Shown here: piece after piece, positions 35,340 through 47,838 of the stretch
Numbering within the stretch: the first letter of the stretch is position 1
Layout: the number at the start of each line of letters is the position of its first letter
Source: Yuukianura sp. NJ FZ-2021
Taxonomy: Eukaryota
Direction of reading: 5' to 3'
Length of the DNA: 64,000 bases
Assembly: GCA_046563655.1 (NCBI GenBank)
Contig: CM102285.1
Coordinates: 1,922,001 to 1,986,000, forward strand
Program-made: the position numbers and the translations under genes
Notes under the pieces: model-generated
Database searches by the model: none
What the model was told of the DNA's origin: nothing
The model's input: only the letters and a program-made list of their open reading frames with translations

Positions 35340-35762
35340 TGTAACTGTTGTGTTCGAAATTGTTCTTTTCTACTGCCGTCTTTGTAAACGGAGAGAAGTT
35401 ATAATGGCATGAACAAAATTGTAATTTCATGAATTTATATTAAAACAAATTAATTCTAGTAGTAATTAATTTTAATGCTCAAGTGTTCCTAACGTAGGAA
35501 ATGGTATTCAGAAATGCTCAGAAAGAAACAAAAACAAGTTAAATGTAATCAACGATGATGAAGATGCATCTGGTTTTTCCAAAATCTACTAAAAGTTTTT
35601 GCCAACTTAAATATTTATCCAACATTATGTTTAACTTTACACATAAAAATAAACAGGAGTGCTTGAAAGGTTTATTCCTTCCATACGGTTTCTCGTTTGA
35701 ATATCATGTTCGCACTATTTCAATTTAACTATTTTCACTCTAATCATTTTCCGTCTTCTTGC

Positions 35763-36506
35763 TTAAGAATTTGTTTTTGTTTTGAGGTTTTCACACCTTT
35801 TGCGAACATTCAGCATTCCCTTGGCAGAAAATCCAATTTCTTTTAACTTCTTTTTAATAATCCTCATTTGACGTTGTGTCAAGGTCGTTTTAGTTGACTT
35901 GAGTGCCCAAACAGCATGACCTTCTGGTCCAATGCAGAATCGGGACAAAAATGTCGTGTCATCTGCCCAAATTGCTTGAGCAGTGTAAGTAGTGAAGGCA
36001 AACCTAGATTGTGCATCGCTGGACATGTTTTGACGTTGACCTGGATGACCAAGGTTTCTTGGTCTTTTTATTTTGCAGTAGTCAGTCATTCTGCCTTCCG
36101 AAATTTGCAACTTGCAATTAATCTTCATAACTCTACCGTTCCTTGTCCATTTGTGTAAGATACGTTTTCCCATTCTAGGGTTGGACGAAAACGTTGACTG
36201 GCAGTAGACCATGTCAGCATCTTCTCCCTCTTCCCATAACAACCCCTTTGACCTCACAGAGTTCCAGTAATCCATCAGTTGACTTTGGTACAACGTGTAA
36301 CGTTTAGTGTTGAACATTGGAGCGATGGTGTTTATGGGAACCGGGTCAAAGGTCGGCATGCAGCTACACGTAGTGCACCGTGGACGAATGTAATCTCTGG
36401 TTACATCTTTTAAACCTTGGCGCCAATCGAACTGGTCTTGGGCAATTGTAGTTGCAAAAAGTAAACTGAAGAGTAACGACGCTGTGGACTTTATGTGCGA
36501 ACACAT
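35763..36506 (-). CDS. Secreted basic lipocalin-like protein, paralog 3 (more divergent)
   Basis: 247-aa ORF with signal peptide, PRCTTCSCMPTFDP, WADDTT..C, and KKKLKEIGFS..C. Confidence 0.75.
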   Translation of the reverse strand: MCSHIKSTASLLFSLLFATTIAQDQFDWRQGLKDVTRDYIRPRCTTCSCMPTFDPVPINTIAPMFNTKRYTLYQSQLMDYWNSVRSKGLLWEEGEDADMVYCQSTFSSNPRMGKRILHKWTRNGRVMKINCKLQISEGRMTDYCKIKRPRNLGHPGQRQNMSSDAQSRFAFTTYTAQAIWADDTTFLSRFCIGPEGHAVWALKSTKTTLTQRQMRIIKKKLKEIGFSAKGMLNVRKRCENLKTKTNS

Positions 36507-37380
36507 CGTGATTGTTTTAAGGTAGTATAGTGTATTTTGTATTGCGAAAAGATGGTTCTAGTTATACGCAAAATTTCACACTTGAATTGCTAATTTCAGA
36601 TAATGTCCAGATACTATAGAGGAGTCAGAGTGCATTATAATTTCAGATTAATTTAGCTAACTCAAATGTTTGGAACTTTCTTTTTTTTTCTGGGCAGTTT
36701 AGAAGGAGACATTTGTTCAATAAACTGACTTAAGTGGATGTCCAAGCCACTTGATCTTTTAATCCAAAAACTACTTCTGACCAAAATTCTTTTGTTACTA
36801 CTATCTACTCTGGCAAATTTGGTCTATCTCACAATTGCAACTTATGACTACTCGAACAGTAATCACAACGTCTCACTTCACACATTCAAAGTTTACAAAC
36901 ATTTATTCCAAGTGTAAATTCTGCCTGTATGTTATTAGTAAAGTTACCTATAAGAGAAAAATCTCAAGTGTACCAATAAGTACCGTCATTTAGCTCTGCC
37001 GATTATTATTTCGGTCTGCTGATTACAAAAGTTAGCTTTATTTCCACTACAGTTCAAAGAGCAATTCAACTTTGAACTTTCTCTATCATCTTGGCATCAA
37101 AAATTTACAATATGTTAGATCCCAAGATCCCCAAACCGTTTTAGTTTGGAACAATATTTACCATTAGAATCGCATGTTACCTGTACTTTACAACCGACTG
37201 GGAATTCCTATGTTGCGTTCATGGTCAAAACATTGATCAATTCCTTCTTAACTGTCCTCCAAGAATCCATTACCTTCTCAGTTTTGAAAATTTTGAGTTT
37301 ATACCTGAAAAGTACATTGTGGTACAAGCCTACAGGCGAATTCTAAGCAATACGTGCAAATTTAACTAAATTTGCTCAAA

Positions 37381-39726
37381 ATGGGCTTATCTACTGTTAT
37401 TGCAGTGTTTGAATTTTGCTACAACATTTTACTATTTCACCCTCACACAACAGTTCCACTCGGAGAGTTTCCGGCGCCAGTGGCCATTCAATCAGTCGGA
37501 ATTCTTATGAGAACTATGTATGTTACCGCCAAATTTGCAAGAACCGACCCATGTATCGCCGCTATCTTCGTTCTACCCGTACCAGGGACACAAAAAATAA
37601 AAACTTCCAAAACATTTTCAAATTTGGAGCAGTACATTGGAGGTATGCATACAGGCCCTAATTCAGTTAAATTTCCGGACAAGTTCAAGACGAACCCAAA
37701 AGCCTACTTGCACCATCCAATTGGAAATGCTTACATTGTTTTCGTGTACCCACAAGGCTCACCTCCTACAGCAAAACATTTGCCGCTCCATTTCTTTACA
37801 AAAAGTCGATACGTTGCAGTTACTTATGTGGTTGGAGCTACTGACCAAACAATTTGCTTGCAAATTGTAAAGCGCCAATTTAATGCGTTCAGAGGTGTTC
37901 GCCTGTGGCCATCTTGTACTACAGAAGAGCCGAAATTCAACGTAAGTGTGCCGCACCTACCAATTAACATTTCTTTGTCTACTGTAAGCGGTACCATGGT
38001 TACGGAACTTGATTTGAGGAATCAAGTAATAAATATGTTAACCCCTTATTTTCAAAACTCGACAACAAATTTCGTGGGAGACTTAAACTGCGAAGGTCTA
38101 AGGGATTTGGCAGAAGATATAGACAAAAATCCTACAAATTTTGACGCTTACAAGCGCATGCGCACTACGATTTTGAACAAATACTTGAGTCCGTTTGTAT
38201 TTGAAGGGAAGTACAAAAATTGGTCATACTGTGAAATAACACAATATTCAAATGCAAATGAACAGGATTATTTAGGAGCAAATTTAGTTATCTTTGACCT
38301 TGGATATTATTTAGAACGAAAACCATTATTTAAAAGCGGATACATAACCCATATCGCAGTTTTGCACGGGTCAACGGGTAACGCATTTGGGTTTCTCGGG
38401 TGCATAAATTTACAAGAAGGAGTTAACTTTTTAGCATATGTTAAACCACTTGACCTCAATTCGTGGATAGCCTTAGGCATTTATGTATTGTTTGGGATTT
38501 TGGCGGGAGAAGTAGTTTTTAAAATACTTAAACTTAAGGACTCTCTGCTTATGATTGTCGTTACGTTATGTTTTGAACAAGGAATAGATTTTTCAGGGAA
38601 GTTAAAAAAGTTGTTATCTTTTACTATATTGTTCATTACTACACAGTATATTGTAATGTTATTTACCAACGGTTACAAAAGTTTTTTGATTACGAACATG
38701 TTGGCGCCAATTCCGCCACTGGAACTTAAAACGTTTCAAGAGGGACTCGCTGCAAACATGTCCTTTATACCATCTGAATTTCAGAGTTCCCGTTTTATTA
38801 CGGAGTGGATCGAGCGAGAAATGCCGAACAAGGCAAAGGTCACTTGGTTATTTTTTTCAAATTTCATGCAGGAAACTAGTCTTTGCGACTATTTTTCGGA
38901 ACATATGCCTTCTGTACCACGACATATCAAAGGAGATGTTTACATCTCGGTCTGGCCGTTTCTGAAGACAATCAGCTACCAGAATTTTACACTTAAGAGA
39001 ATGTGTATAGATGCTCTTCAGCTGAATGGTTGGAAGGCACAAGTAGTCAACAGTTTAACCCTGCCGGAAAAATTTCCAAGTGTAACCGCAGAAGAACAGT
39101 TTCTGAAATGTCAAGGTCAGCTGTTGGTTGTCAAGGAAGCAAGTATGGCTGAACATAGAGTGAAGTTGTATAGCTACAATGGGTCTACTGGGTTGTACAT
39201 TTACCAAAGTAATAACGTTAACAACGAAGGAGTACTGCGCGGCGAAAACAACGACTATATCTTTACGTTTAATGATATGTTTACTCTACAATATTTAAAA
39301 CATAGGGTATCGGCTCTAGCTAGCTCGGGATGTTTATTGCAGTGGGAGAAATATTTGAATTGGACAGAAAACCTTAAATTTTTTAAGCAAGAACAACAGT
39401 TTCTACACAGTGAGAAAAACGTCTTAAAAGAAAGTGAGTATTTGACGCTCATGAAAATAAGGTCAGTATTTGCAATCGTAGCAGTTGCGTTGAGTATATG
39501 TGTTTGCGGATTTGTTTATGAACAAATCAAAGCGTTTGCAAATAAATGCATCAGTGCTTACAAATCTAAGAAATGTAAGAAGACAAAGAAATATGGTTAC
39601 AAGTACCACGTCTCAAAACTAAATGCTCCAAAATTTGGTGCATACAAATTTAGTATTTACAAATTTAAAATACCTAGGATAAATATTCAAAAGTTGTTGC
39701 GTTTACTAATAAGAAAAAAAACTTAA
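37381..39726 (+). CDS. Divergent ionotropic receptor (IR)-like protein, single exon
   Basis: Uninterrupted ORF of about 781 aa: pre-M1 YVKPLDLNSW + TM, EQG pore-like segment, NGYKSFLITNMLAP (M3-like), S2-like region, LASSGCLLQW, and M4 IRSVFAIVAVALSICVCGFVYE. Paralogous to the genes at 54-64 kb. Confidence 0.8.
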   Translation: MGLSTVIAVFEFCYNILLFHPHTTVPLGEFPAPVAIQSVGILMRTMYVTAKFARTDPCIAAIFVLPVPGTQKIKTSKTFSNLEQYIGGMHTGPNSVKFPDKFKTNPKAYLHHPIGNAYIVFVYPQGSPPTAKHLPLHFFTKSRYVAVTYVVGATDQTICLQIVKRQFNAFRGVRLWPSCTTEEPKFNVSVPHLPINISLSTVSGTMVTELDLRNQVINMLTPYFQNSTTNFVGDLNCEGLRDLAEDIDKNPTNFDAYKRMRTTILNKYLSPFVFEGKYKNWSYCEITQYSNANEQDYLGANLVIFDLGYYLERKPLFKSGYITHIAVLHGSTGNAFGFLGCINLQEGVNFLAYVKPLDLNSWIALGIYVLFGILAGEVVFKILKLKDSLLMIVVTLCFEQGIDFSGKLKKLLSFTILFITTQYIVMLFTNGYKSFLITNMLAPIPPLELKTFQEGLAANMSFIPSEFQSSRFITEWIEREMPNKAKVTWLFFSNFMQETSLCDYFSEHMPSVPRHIKGDVYISVWPFLKTISYQNFTLKRMCIDALQLNGWKAQVVNSLTLPEKFPSVTAEEQFLKCQGQLLVVKEASMAEHRVKLYSYNGSTGLYIYQSNNVNNEGVLRGENNDYIFTFNDMFTLQYLKHRVSALASSGCLLQWEKYLNWTENLKFFKQEQQFLHSEKNVLKESEYLTLMKIRSVFAIVAVALSICVCGFVYEQIKAFANKCISAYKSKKCKKTKKYGYKYHVSKLNAPKFGAYKFSIYKFKIPRINIQKLLRLLIRKKT

Positions 39727-40341
39727 TGCAAGTAAGTTAGAGTTTAGTTTGGGCAATTAAATAAATAAATAAATAACTAAATAACTAAAATTGATAATTT
39801 GGGTTAGTTCAATACATACTGATAGGAATGAGTATTTGTGAAAACTATAACTTTAATAGAATTGGTAGCCAACAGTTAAAACTATAATTTACTCAAACTA
39901 TGTAAGTTCTAAATCAACTTAATACTGAATCAGGGTTGAGTAATAACAACAATTTTCTGCGATTCATCAAATGCGTGGATACAACTGATACAATTCTGAT
40001 TTAACTCGAGACTTAACGCGAATCCGCTGTCTGGGAATTAGTAACCCCATTTTATCGACGCGGGAATTCACTGACATGAATTTTCTGTTTGTCATTCTGC
40101 GAGCGAAAGCAAGATTAAAAATCATCAAGTAAATTCAACATTTCAAGTTAGCCTCTTCATCAATCGTTGTGTTTGCTCTTGGAATTTGTGACTGTCAACA
40201 TAACAATCGTTGACGCCCGGAATCCGAGCCAGTTGCTGTTACACCGTAAATCGTGAGAGTAAATCATTACGTTTAAGTACCAAGATTAACCTTAAATCTA
40301 TCTAGGTTCCTAATTAATTTCCGGTTTCAGAATAATTCATC

Positions 40342-41431
40342 ATGGCGCACCACTGTGGAGGCTGCTGCAATGGAGACCATAATCATATGGATGACAGTCC
40401 TGAGATGGGCATTGAGTACAGTTTGTATACAAAGATTGACAAGGAGAATCTCACGTGCTTGAATGAACGTAGAGATGGGTCCGGTAAGGAAATCTTCAAA
40501 CCCTGGGAAGAAAGACTCATTATGAACAAGGTCAGTTAAAGCTTCTGTTCGTAAGACAGTCTAGTTGCATCTGATACTTTATTATGTATCCCCTCGTTTT
40601 TACTCGTTCGTGTCTTAATTGTTGACCTTATCTTTCTCGTTTAATTTCTTCTTTGATTTTTCAGGTCGTCGAAAGTGACGTTGACGAGGAGTTGCTCTTC
40701 AATATTCCGTAAGTTAAAGCCTTCAAGTACAATTGATATCGAATTGGAATGGAACTAGTATAATTTATTGGTGTTTTGGATTTATTAGGTTTGCTGGAAC
40801 TGTTAAACTAAAAGGAATTATAATCGTTGCACCAGATGATGACAGTCATCCACAACGTATGCGCTTGTAAGCACGGAATGCATTGGGTTTCCGAAATTCA
40901 TATGATTTGATTTTTTAACACCTCGTTTTCAACATGCTTTGCTAAGGTTCAAAAATCAGCCGAACATGACGTTCGACGATGCTCAAGCTGAAGCCGTCCA
41001 AGAGTATGAGTTGCACGCGGATCCCACCGGTCTCCTGGAATACCCTACTAAGTAAATCAATCAATTCCAGTTAAACTCAGCTCACTCGAAAAGCAGACTG
41101 GCCGTATACTTTGTATTTATCTAATTTCAATACTAAAATTTCAGAGTCGTCGCTTTTTCATCTGTGCATCATCTCACAATCCACTTCCCAATGAATTTTG
41201 GGACAGACACAACTCAGGTTTCTTACATTGGTTTGAGAGGTACAAGAAAAACCTGTTTCATCTTTATAGTCTGTGTTTATTTTACACTTCGCTTAACAAC
41301 TTTAACTTCTTTCAGGGGAATGGACACCGCAACAACGGCAAGAAATTACTATTGCCAACTACGAACTGCGACCAAACTTGTCGGATCATCCGAACCGAAT
41401 TTGGGACCAGACCTTTCACGAGGTGCAGTAA
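40342..41431 (+). CDS. PITHD1: PITH domain-containing protein 1
   Basis: Six exons: YSLYTKID..CLNE..FKPWEER | VESDVDEELLFNIP | FAGTVKLKGII | FKNQPNMTFDD | FSSVHHLTIHFPMNFG...YIGLRG | EWT..NYELRPNLSDH. TAA at 41429-41431. Confidence 0.95.
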
Positions 41432-42286
41432 AGCTCCCAAGTATCCAATTATTGTGATTCTCTCAATTAACTCAACATATAAATTCTGGTTAGAGGAAGA
41501 TTTATGTAAAAATTAAAGTTCGTTGGATATCTTATTGTCTTAAATCCTAAAAATAGCGTTCATACTAGCTACTAATTACCCATTTATCTTATATTTAGCT
41601 TAACTATTTTGAAATTACCATTAACAGAGCAAAATTAGGAATGAATCAACCAAAAACCAAACTTGGGAAAAGGAAGATTTGTTAACCCAAGCCGCAACCA
41701 CATTCAGCCCCTCTTCCTCTCCATCCTAAACCGCATTTGCAGTTGTCCTTGTTATCCACTGTGGAATTGTGATGCTCTTAGTGTTACGTGCATAGGTTAT
41801 GTTCTAAGCTCCAGTTGTTAGAGTTCTTAGGAGCTTAAACATTCGCTACAAAATGACCGTGACAGGTCAAGTAATTTTGGTCATGAGTCATTTGTAATAG
41901 TTCTGCGGCGATTTGAGAGGCTTAGGAAGAGACAATGACGTGGAAGATTGGCCGTGGAAGTTATTGGGAATGGTGGATTAAGATTTAAAATCTGATTGAA
42001 TAGCGTGTCAGAAGCTCCTCAAAATCTTTAGCATCTCAAAATGTGTCTTCTGAAGTGGTTCGATTCAGTTTTTATATAGTTTCTTTTGACATTGATTCAC
42101 TTCGAATCTGGAATCCATCCCAACCTAAAGTCAATTATGCAAGGATTAGGCTAAATTAAATTTCGGTAAGCAAGGGAGATGAACTTCAGAAAGTTTTGCT
42201 AGCAAAATCAACAATTTGTCTAAAAAAAAAAGCGACAACGCAACGTTGTGAAATTTTATGCTAACAGCTAAAAACTGGCGCTCACG

Positions 42287-45200
42287 ATGGAAGTCGAATC
42301 GAGCCACGCTACAAGCGGTAAGTTTTAAAAATCTCATTTAAAAAAAATGAGATTTCTTAAATAAAATTTTTGCTTGCTATAGACTCTGAGTCGCGTCGAA
42401 GCGGTAGTACAGAGGATATGCCGTTACTTGAAACTCAGGTAATGCTTCCAAAATTTCGAAAAACAAAATTTCAAAAAAAATCAGAAATGTAGTTTTTGAT
42501 AGTGAATTGATTTTTGTATTGAAAATTTTTCACAGAACGAAATTCCTTATCCGAAGTCTGTGTTCTTCATTGTTGTAACGGAATTTTGCGAACGATTTTC
42601 TTACACTGGAATGCGAAGTAAGTTTTTCGGTTGAATTTGAAAGGTGTCGCGTACATTTAAACTGCAAATGCTCAGAAATACGACAATGATTTGTATTTGC
42701 GCAGCCATTTTGACCATGTACATTCGAAATGTTTTGTACCGTGGAGCTTCGAATGCTGAAGACATTGCCACTGTCATTTATCACGCATTCGTTTCACTCT
42801 GCTATTTTACTCCACTTCTCGGAGGAATCATTGCAGACTCTTTCCTGGGAAAATACAAGTAAAATTTCAAAAAGAAATATTTACAAAAACTTCAGATTTT
42901 ACATATTTTGAAAATGTGTTTAAAAAAAATGTCTCCTTTCTAGGACTATTCTCTACATTTCAGTTGTATACGCCATTGGCAACTGTATATTGTCTCTTAC
43001 CGCTGTGGCTCCACTACACCTACCAAAAATGTAATTTGAAAAATTTATTGTTGCCAAATTCAAAATTTCGCGGGTTTTAAAGCAACGCCTTTTGTATTTC
43101 GCAGTCCGTTCAGTTTGCTGGGATTGGCGCTCATTGGTTTCGGAACAGGAGGAATCAAGCCTTGTGTCAACGCTTTTGCTGGTGACCAATTCAAATTGCC
43201 TGAACAAACGAAGCAGCTTCATCAATTCTTTTTCTTCTTCTACTTTGCAATCAATCTGGGGAGTTTGAGTTCAAATTTTGTCACACCGATCATGCGCAGA
43301 GACGTTTCTTGTTTTGGCTATGACACTTGCTACTCACTTGCCTTTGGAACGCCAGCTCTACTCTGGATTGTGGCTCTCTGTTGGTTCAAATTTAAATTAT
43401 ACAATTTTTTTTTAAATCCCGCGCAATTTTAGAATTTTTTTTAGTCATCTTCTTCTTGGGAAGTCGCCACTACAAGGTCAAGCAGCCTGAAGGCAACGTT
43501 GCTCTGGAAGTTGTGGGCTGCGTGTGGGTTAGTGAATTTAACATGACTTATTTTATTGCAATAATTATAGTTTTAGTCTTCTTGAGACGCACGTCTACGA
43601 CGTGCTGAAGAAGACTATTGATACGACTTTGTCCGTCTGTCTGTCTGTCCGTCCGTCCGTCACGTTTTTAGGACTCTTCCCACTGAAACATTAGCCCCAT
43701 CGCAGTCGGGGGGTTATGTATGGCTCAAGTATTTTCATTAGCTCTACATTTCACTTAAAGTCGTACATTAACAACGCCAAAGTATGCGGCTACTTTACGT
43801 ACCCGCAGTATCGTGGCTCCGCAAAACATTTTTGGTCTCGATTGTACTCAAAATATTTTTTAACAACGAAGTTTTGATCTGCTCATTTTCCGACAATATG
43901 TTAATTTACGTTGTTAATTTAAGCCTAGTTAGAGGGTAGAAAATCCGGCTTAAATGTTTAATATGTGAATAGTGAATGAAATGGGTCAAAATTGCATTCA
44001 CAAGGAATTTTTGGTTTTGATTTTAAAGAAACCACTTTCGAATATTCCTATCAACGTCAATTTTGTGCATGATGCACACAATTGAAGGTTTGTGTAGGTT
44101 TGAGAACTACCCTGAGCATTGCCATGACAACATCGACAATACATTATGTGCATCTTCTTCAACAAATTAAGAACATCAATCAAGAATGATATTTGACTCC
44201 TTCTAAGCGTTCAATTTTGTGCATTTTGTGCACACCAATTTAACAACAATTCAGAGCAAGTATTTTGGGCCTCAAAGCTTTAACATGATTTTGGTTTAAA
44301 TAACCGGTAAAATTGCCAAGACTCATGCACAAAATAGGATCTCATATTTGCACTAAAATTTTTAGCAACGTTTTAGAGCTTCAATTCCATGAAAACGGTT
44401 TCTCAGTTCGTCTACAGTTTTGCGGTAGGCCGGTCTACATGTCGTATCAATTGTCAACTCCCTCCAGAAGACCTATGCTCAACCCTTGAGCATCGCCCTA
44501 CCTTGTTTATATTATATTTATTTATGATAATTTATGTTTTAGCATGCTTTGACAGTTAAGGACCTCACAGCAGTTGGGAAAGATGGAGGTCACTGGCTGG
44601 ACAAAGCACGAGGGAAGTACAGTGCAGGATTTGTGGAAGATGTGAAAGCACTTTTTAGAATTCTGGTTCTAATTTCCCCACTTCCAATTTACTGGGCGTT
44701 GTATGAACAGCAGGTAGCTGTTAAAATATTTGCAAAAACCAAAAAATTGAGGAATTTCATTTTCGAAAAAGAATTCAATTCCAAAATTCAAAATTTTGAA
44801 ACAAGGGATCAACCTGGACACTTCAAGCTACGCGAATGAAAGGCTACATTTCACCGTATCTGAAGCTAAAACCAGATCAAATGCAGGTAAATAACTCTCA
44901 CAGGAATTTTTGAATTTTTATTTAAGTTTTTTTTTTCAAAACTTGGTCTATGGATAGGCGATGAACAGTTTTCTGATTTTGTTCTTCATCCCTCTGTTTG
45001 AGCGAATTATTTACCCACTGATGGCAAAGTGTCACATTCTGAAAACTCATCTTCAGCGCATGTGCGTTGGATGTGTCATGGTTTCTCTTGCGTTTGTCAT
45101 TTCTGGTATGGTGGAGCTGCGCATAGAGGTAGCACAACAGTTTTTGATGTGCAATTTTTCGAAAAACACGTTTTAAGTTTCATTTTTGAAAAATTGTTTT

Positions 45201-46747
45201 GTTTGTGCAGCCGACATACCCCGTCATACCATCCAGTTCTGAAACAAATTTGAATTTTATAAATTCCCTCCCATGCACTGTTGACTTTTACATGAAACAT
45301 TCAGATGCAAATGGACGGGCCCATTTTGCAGCAATTTTGGAACCTTATGAAAATATCAAGTTTGAAAAAATCCCTGCCGGCAAATACAACATTTCAACCG
45401 AATTTTGGAAAATGGACGACTGTAGCATCGAGGTTAACCCAAATTCAATCATAGTGGAAACGGAAGGCGGGAAGGTGCGTTAAAAAACAGATTCAAAAAG
45501 TTTGAACTTGTTTTGAAAATTGAACTTTTCGTTTTATGAAAATTCAGGCTTATAGTGCGTTTGTATCGACCGACAAAGACAACACAATTCAAATGGAGTT
45601 ATCGGTGGATGATTTGGAAAAGTCACGTGAAGGTGACGCTAAGCTAAAGTGAGAGGGATTACAAATCAAATTCAAACAAAAACAAAATCCAAAAAATTTT
45701 CGTTTTTTTTTAAATTTTTCATAAAATGCAAAAAAAAAAAAAAAATTCAGGGTCATTTATGGTCAGATGAAGAGTCCAAATGCTACGCTTGTTTTGACTA
45801 CAACGGAGGACTACAAAACAACCGTAGCCTTGCACGATGATGGAGGTTGCACGCATACCTGGGAGATTGAACCAAATATGTAAAAAGTTTTAGTTTTTCG
45901 AGAAAAAAAATTTACTTCGTTTTTTTAAAGTTGATTTTTTTCAATTCAGGTACAAGATTTGTTTGAATGACGGTCCACATCGGAAGCTTCTGTGCCAAAG
46001 TGTTTTGTTAGACGAAGGCGGAAATTACATCATCGCTGTTTTTCCTGAGCACCTTGGGAAAGGAAGCATAGTAGATTTGGATGCAAGCGTTGTAAGTTTA
46101 GGAGTTTGGCGGGAAATTTTAAATTTTAAAATGTTGAATTTGAACATTTTGAATTTGTTCAGGCGCTGAAGGTATTTGTGATGACGAGTCCAAATTCAGT
46201 TCACATGCTGTATCTTCTACCACAGTATGTCATGCTGACTTTAGCGGAATTATTCTTTTCAATTACCGGATTCACATTTGCTTACACTCAGGTACATGTG
46301 TTGAAATTTTTCAAACTACTTTAAACATGTTTTGAAACTTTGTTATTTTGGTGTTTTAAGGCCCCGGCAAGTATGAAAGCAGTGATCCAGAGCTTGTGGC
46401 TTCTAACAATTGGACTTGGTAGCTCTCTCGTTATTGTCATCACCAGTTTGGACTACTTTGAACGACCGGTAAAATTTTTTATTAAAACACCTTTGAATCA
46501 AGATTTGTGCCAACATTGTACTTTTTAAATCATTATTTTCCAGGCAATGCAATTCTTTTCATACAGTGTCATTATGCTTTTTGGAACTGCAATATTCAGC
46601 GTTCTTGCATATCGATACAAACCTATCGGAACAGCCACTAGCACGCCCACTGAAGATTCAAAACCAAGTACAGCTAGACGCAAATCCAAAGATTTTGTTA
46701 TGGATTCAGAAGAAATTCGAACAATGGCGCTAGATTTAGCTCAGTAA
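42287..46747 (+). CDS. Proton-coupled oligopeptide transporter (SLC15/PEPT1-type, yin-like), copy A
   Basis: Multi-exon gene with YPKSVFFIVVTEFCERFSYTGMR, GGIIADSFLGKYK, GTGGIKPCVNAFAGDQF, FYFAINLGS, WALYEQQGSTW, an extracellular loop, QAPASMK and a TAA stop. Confidence 0.93.
43571..44508 (+). mobile_element. Non-autonomous Helentron/DINE-1 (HINE)-like element inserted in a transporter intron
   Basis: 5' hairpin TAGTCTTCT..GCACGTCtacGACGTGC..AGAAGACTA, a GTCY microsatellite, a 3' subterminal inverted copy CTCCAGAAGAC, a 3' stem-loop ATGCTCAAcccTTGAGCAT and T-rich ends. Absent from the 87-nt equivalent intron of copy B (51646-51732). Confidence 0.85.
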
Positions 46748-47585
46748 AACTTGTACAACAATTTCAATATTATTAGTGTTTCATAAAATATAAATCAACT
46801 AAATCTAGTTTTCTTAAAATATTCCTGTGATAACCAAAACGGAAATAAAAGGCGTCAGAAAACATCCAGCCACTTTAAAATTACTGCGATTGCTATTGGT
46901 TCTGAACTTGTGACACGAGTAGCGATGAGTCCAAATCCATTTCAGATTCTGAAAAAGATCAAATTAATCTTTTAGTGTCTTGTTGACATTGTAGAGCCTA
47001 AACACAAAGTTCACACCATTGACATGCGCATGGGACGCCATCTTGGGTGTCACTTCATGTCCACGATGATTTGAAGCACTGACTGCTTCTGTCCAGCTTC
47101 TTGTGACTGGTCGAACCGGAATAACTGGCTTGCTGGCAGCAATGGCTAAACGAGTTATTTAAAGAAACCTGAAATTTTGAATGTTTAGTTTTGGAATTCA
47201 TGATTTGTCGTTTTCATCTTGCGTTTTTGGAGTTACCTGTTTGCAACTTTGCATGAATGAGACCCAAAGCACGGCGCACAACACAATGACATTTGCCACA
47301 AATTGTGGCTCCATTACAACGAAACTTGCGTTGGTTGGACGCGCGTTTTCGAAGACACTTCTCACACTCCCAGTTTCCCATTATGAGTTTACAAACTTAC
47401 GTTTTCAAAAGAATCGACAAGTTTCGACAACTAAAACTTTCCAGAAAAAATGTCTTTCGTAATACGCAAAGATTCAGGTTCAAATGAGATTTGATGACAT
47501 TTTGACACAACGGAGCTTCTTTTTTTAAACAAACGGTGTGCAGTGTGCACCGGTAGCCACGTTTCCAAGGAAACTGGTGTCATTC

Positions 47586-47633
47586 TTTTTAGTCTTCTGG
47601 AGACGCATGTCTACGACATGCTGAAGAAGACTA
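47586..47633 (+). mobile_element. 5' hairpin fragment of the same HINE-like family
   Basis: TTTTAGTCTTCTGGAGACGCATGTCTACGACATGCTGAAGAAGACTA is nearly identical to 43571-43617. Confidence 0.8.
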
Positions 47634-47838
47634 AATAAAAGCCCAGATTTTCCTGACTTTTCAGAGTCTGCTTTTGCCCAGTTTTTAATACGTCAGCGTT
47701 TATTAGCGTGCAATGTGGGATACTCAACTGTTTTTATTTGTATATTTCTCCTCAAGGTTGGTCTTTAAAGAAGCTGTTGCTATAGTAACCTTGATTTCTC
47801 CTCCTTCTAGTATTCATACAGTGCGTACTTGATTCTTT

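Noticed and set aside
37942-37988. Intron-like GTAAGT...TAAG stretch inside the single-exon IR gene
   Set aside because: At 47 nt it is shorter than other introns here, and removing it frameshifts to a stop within eight codons.
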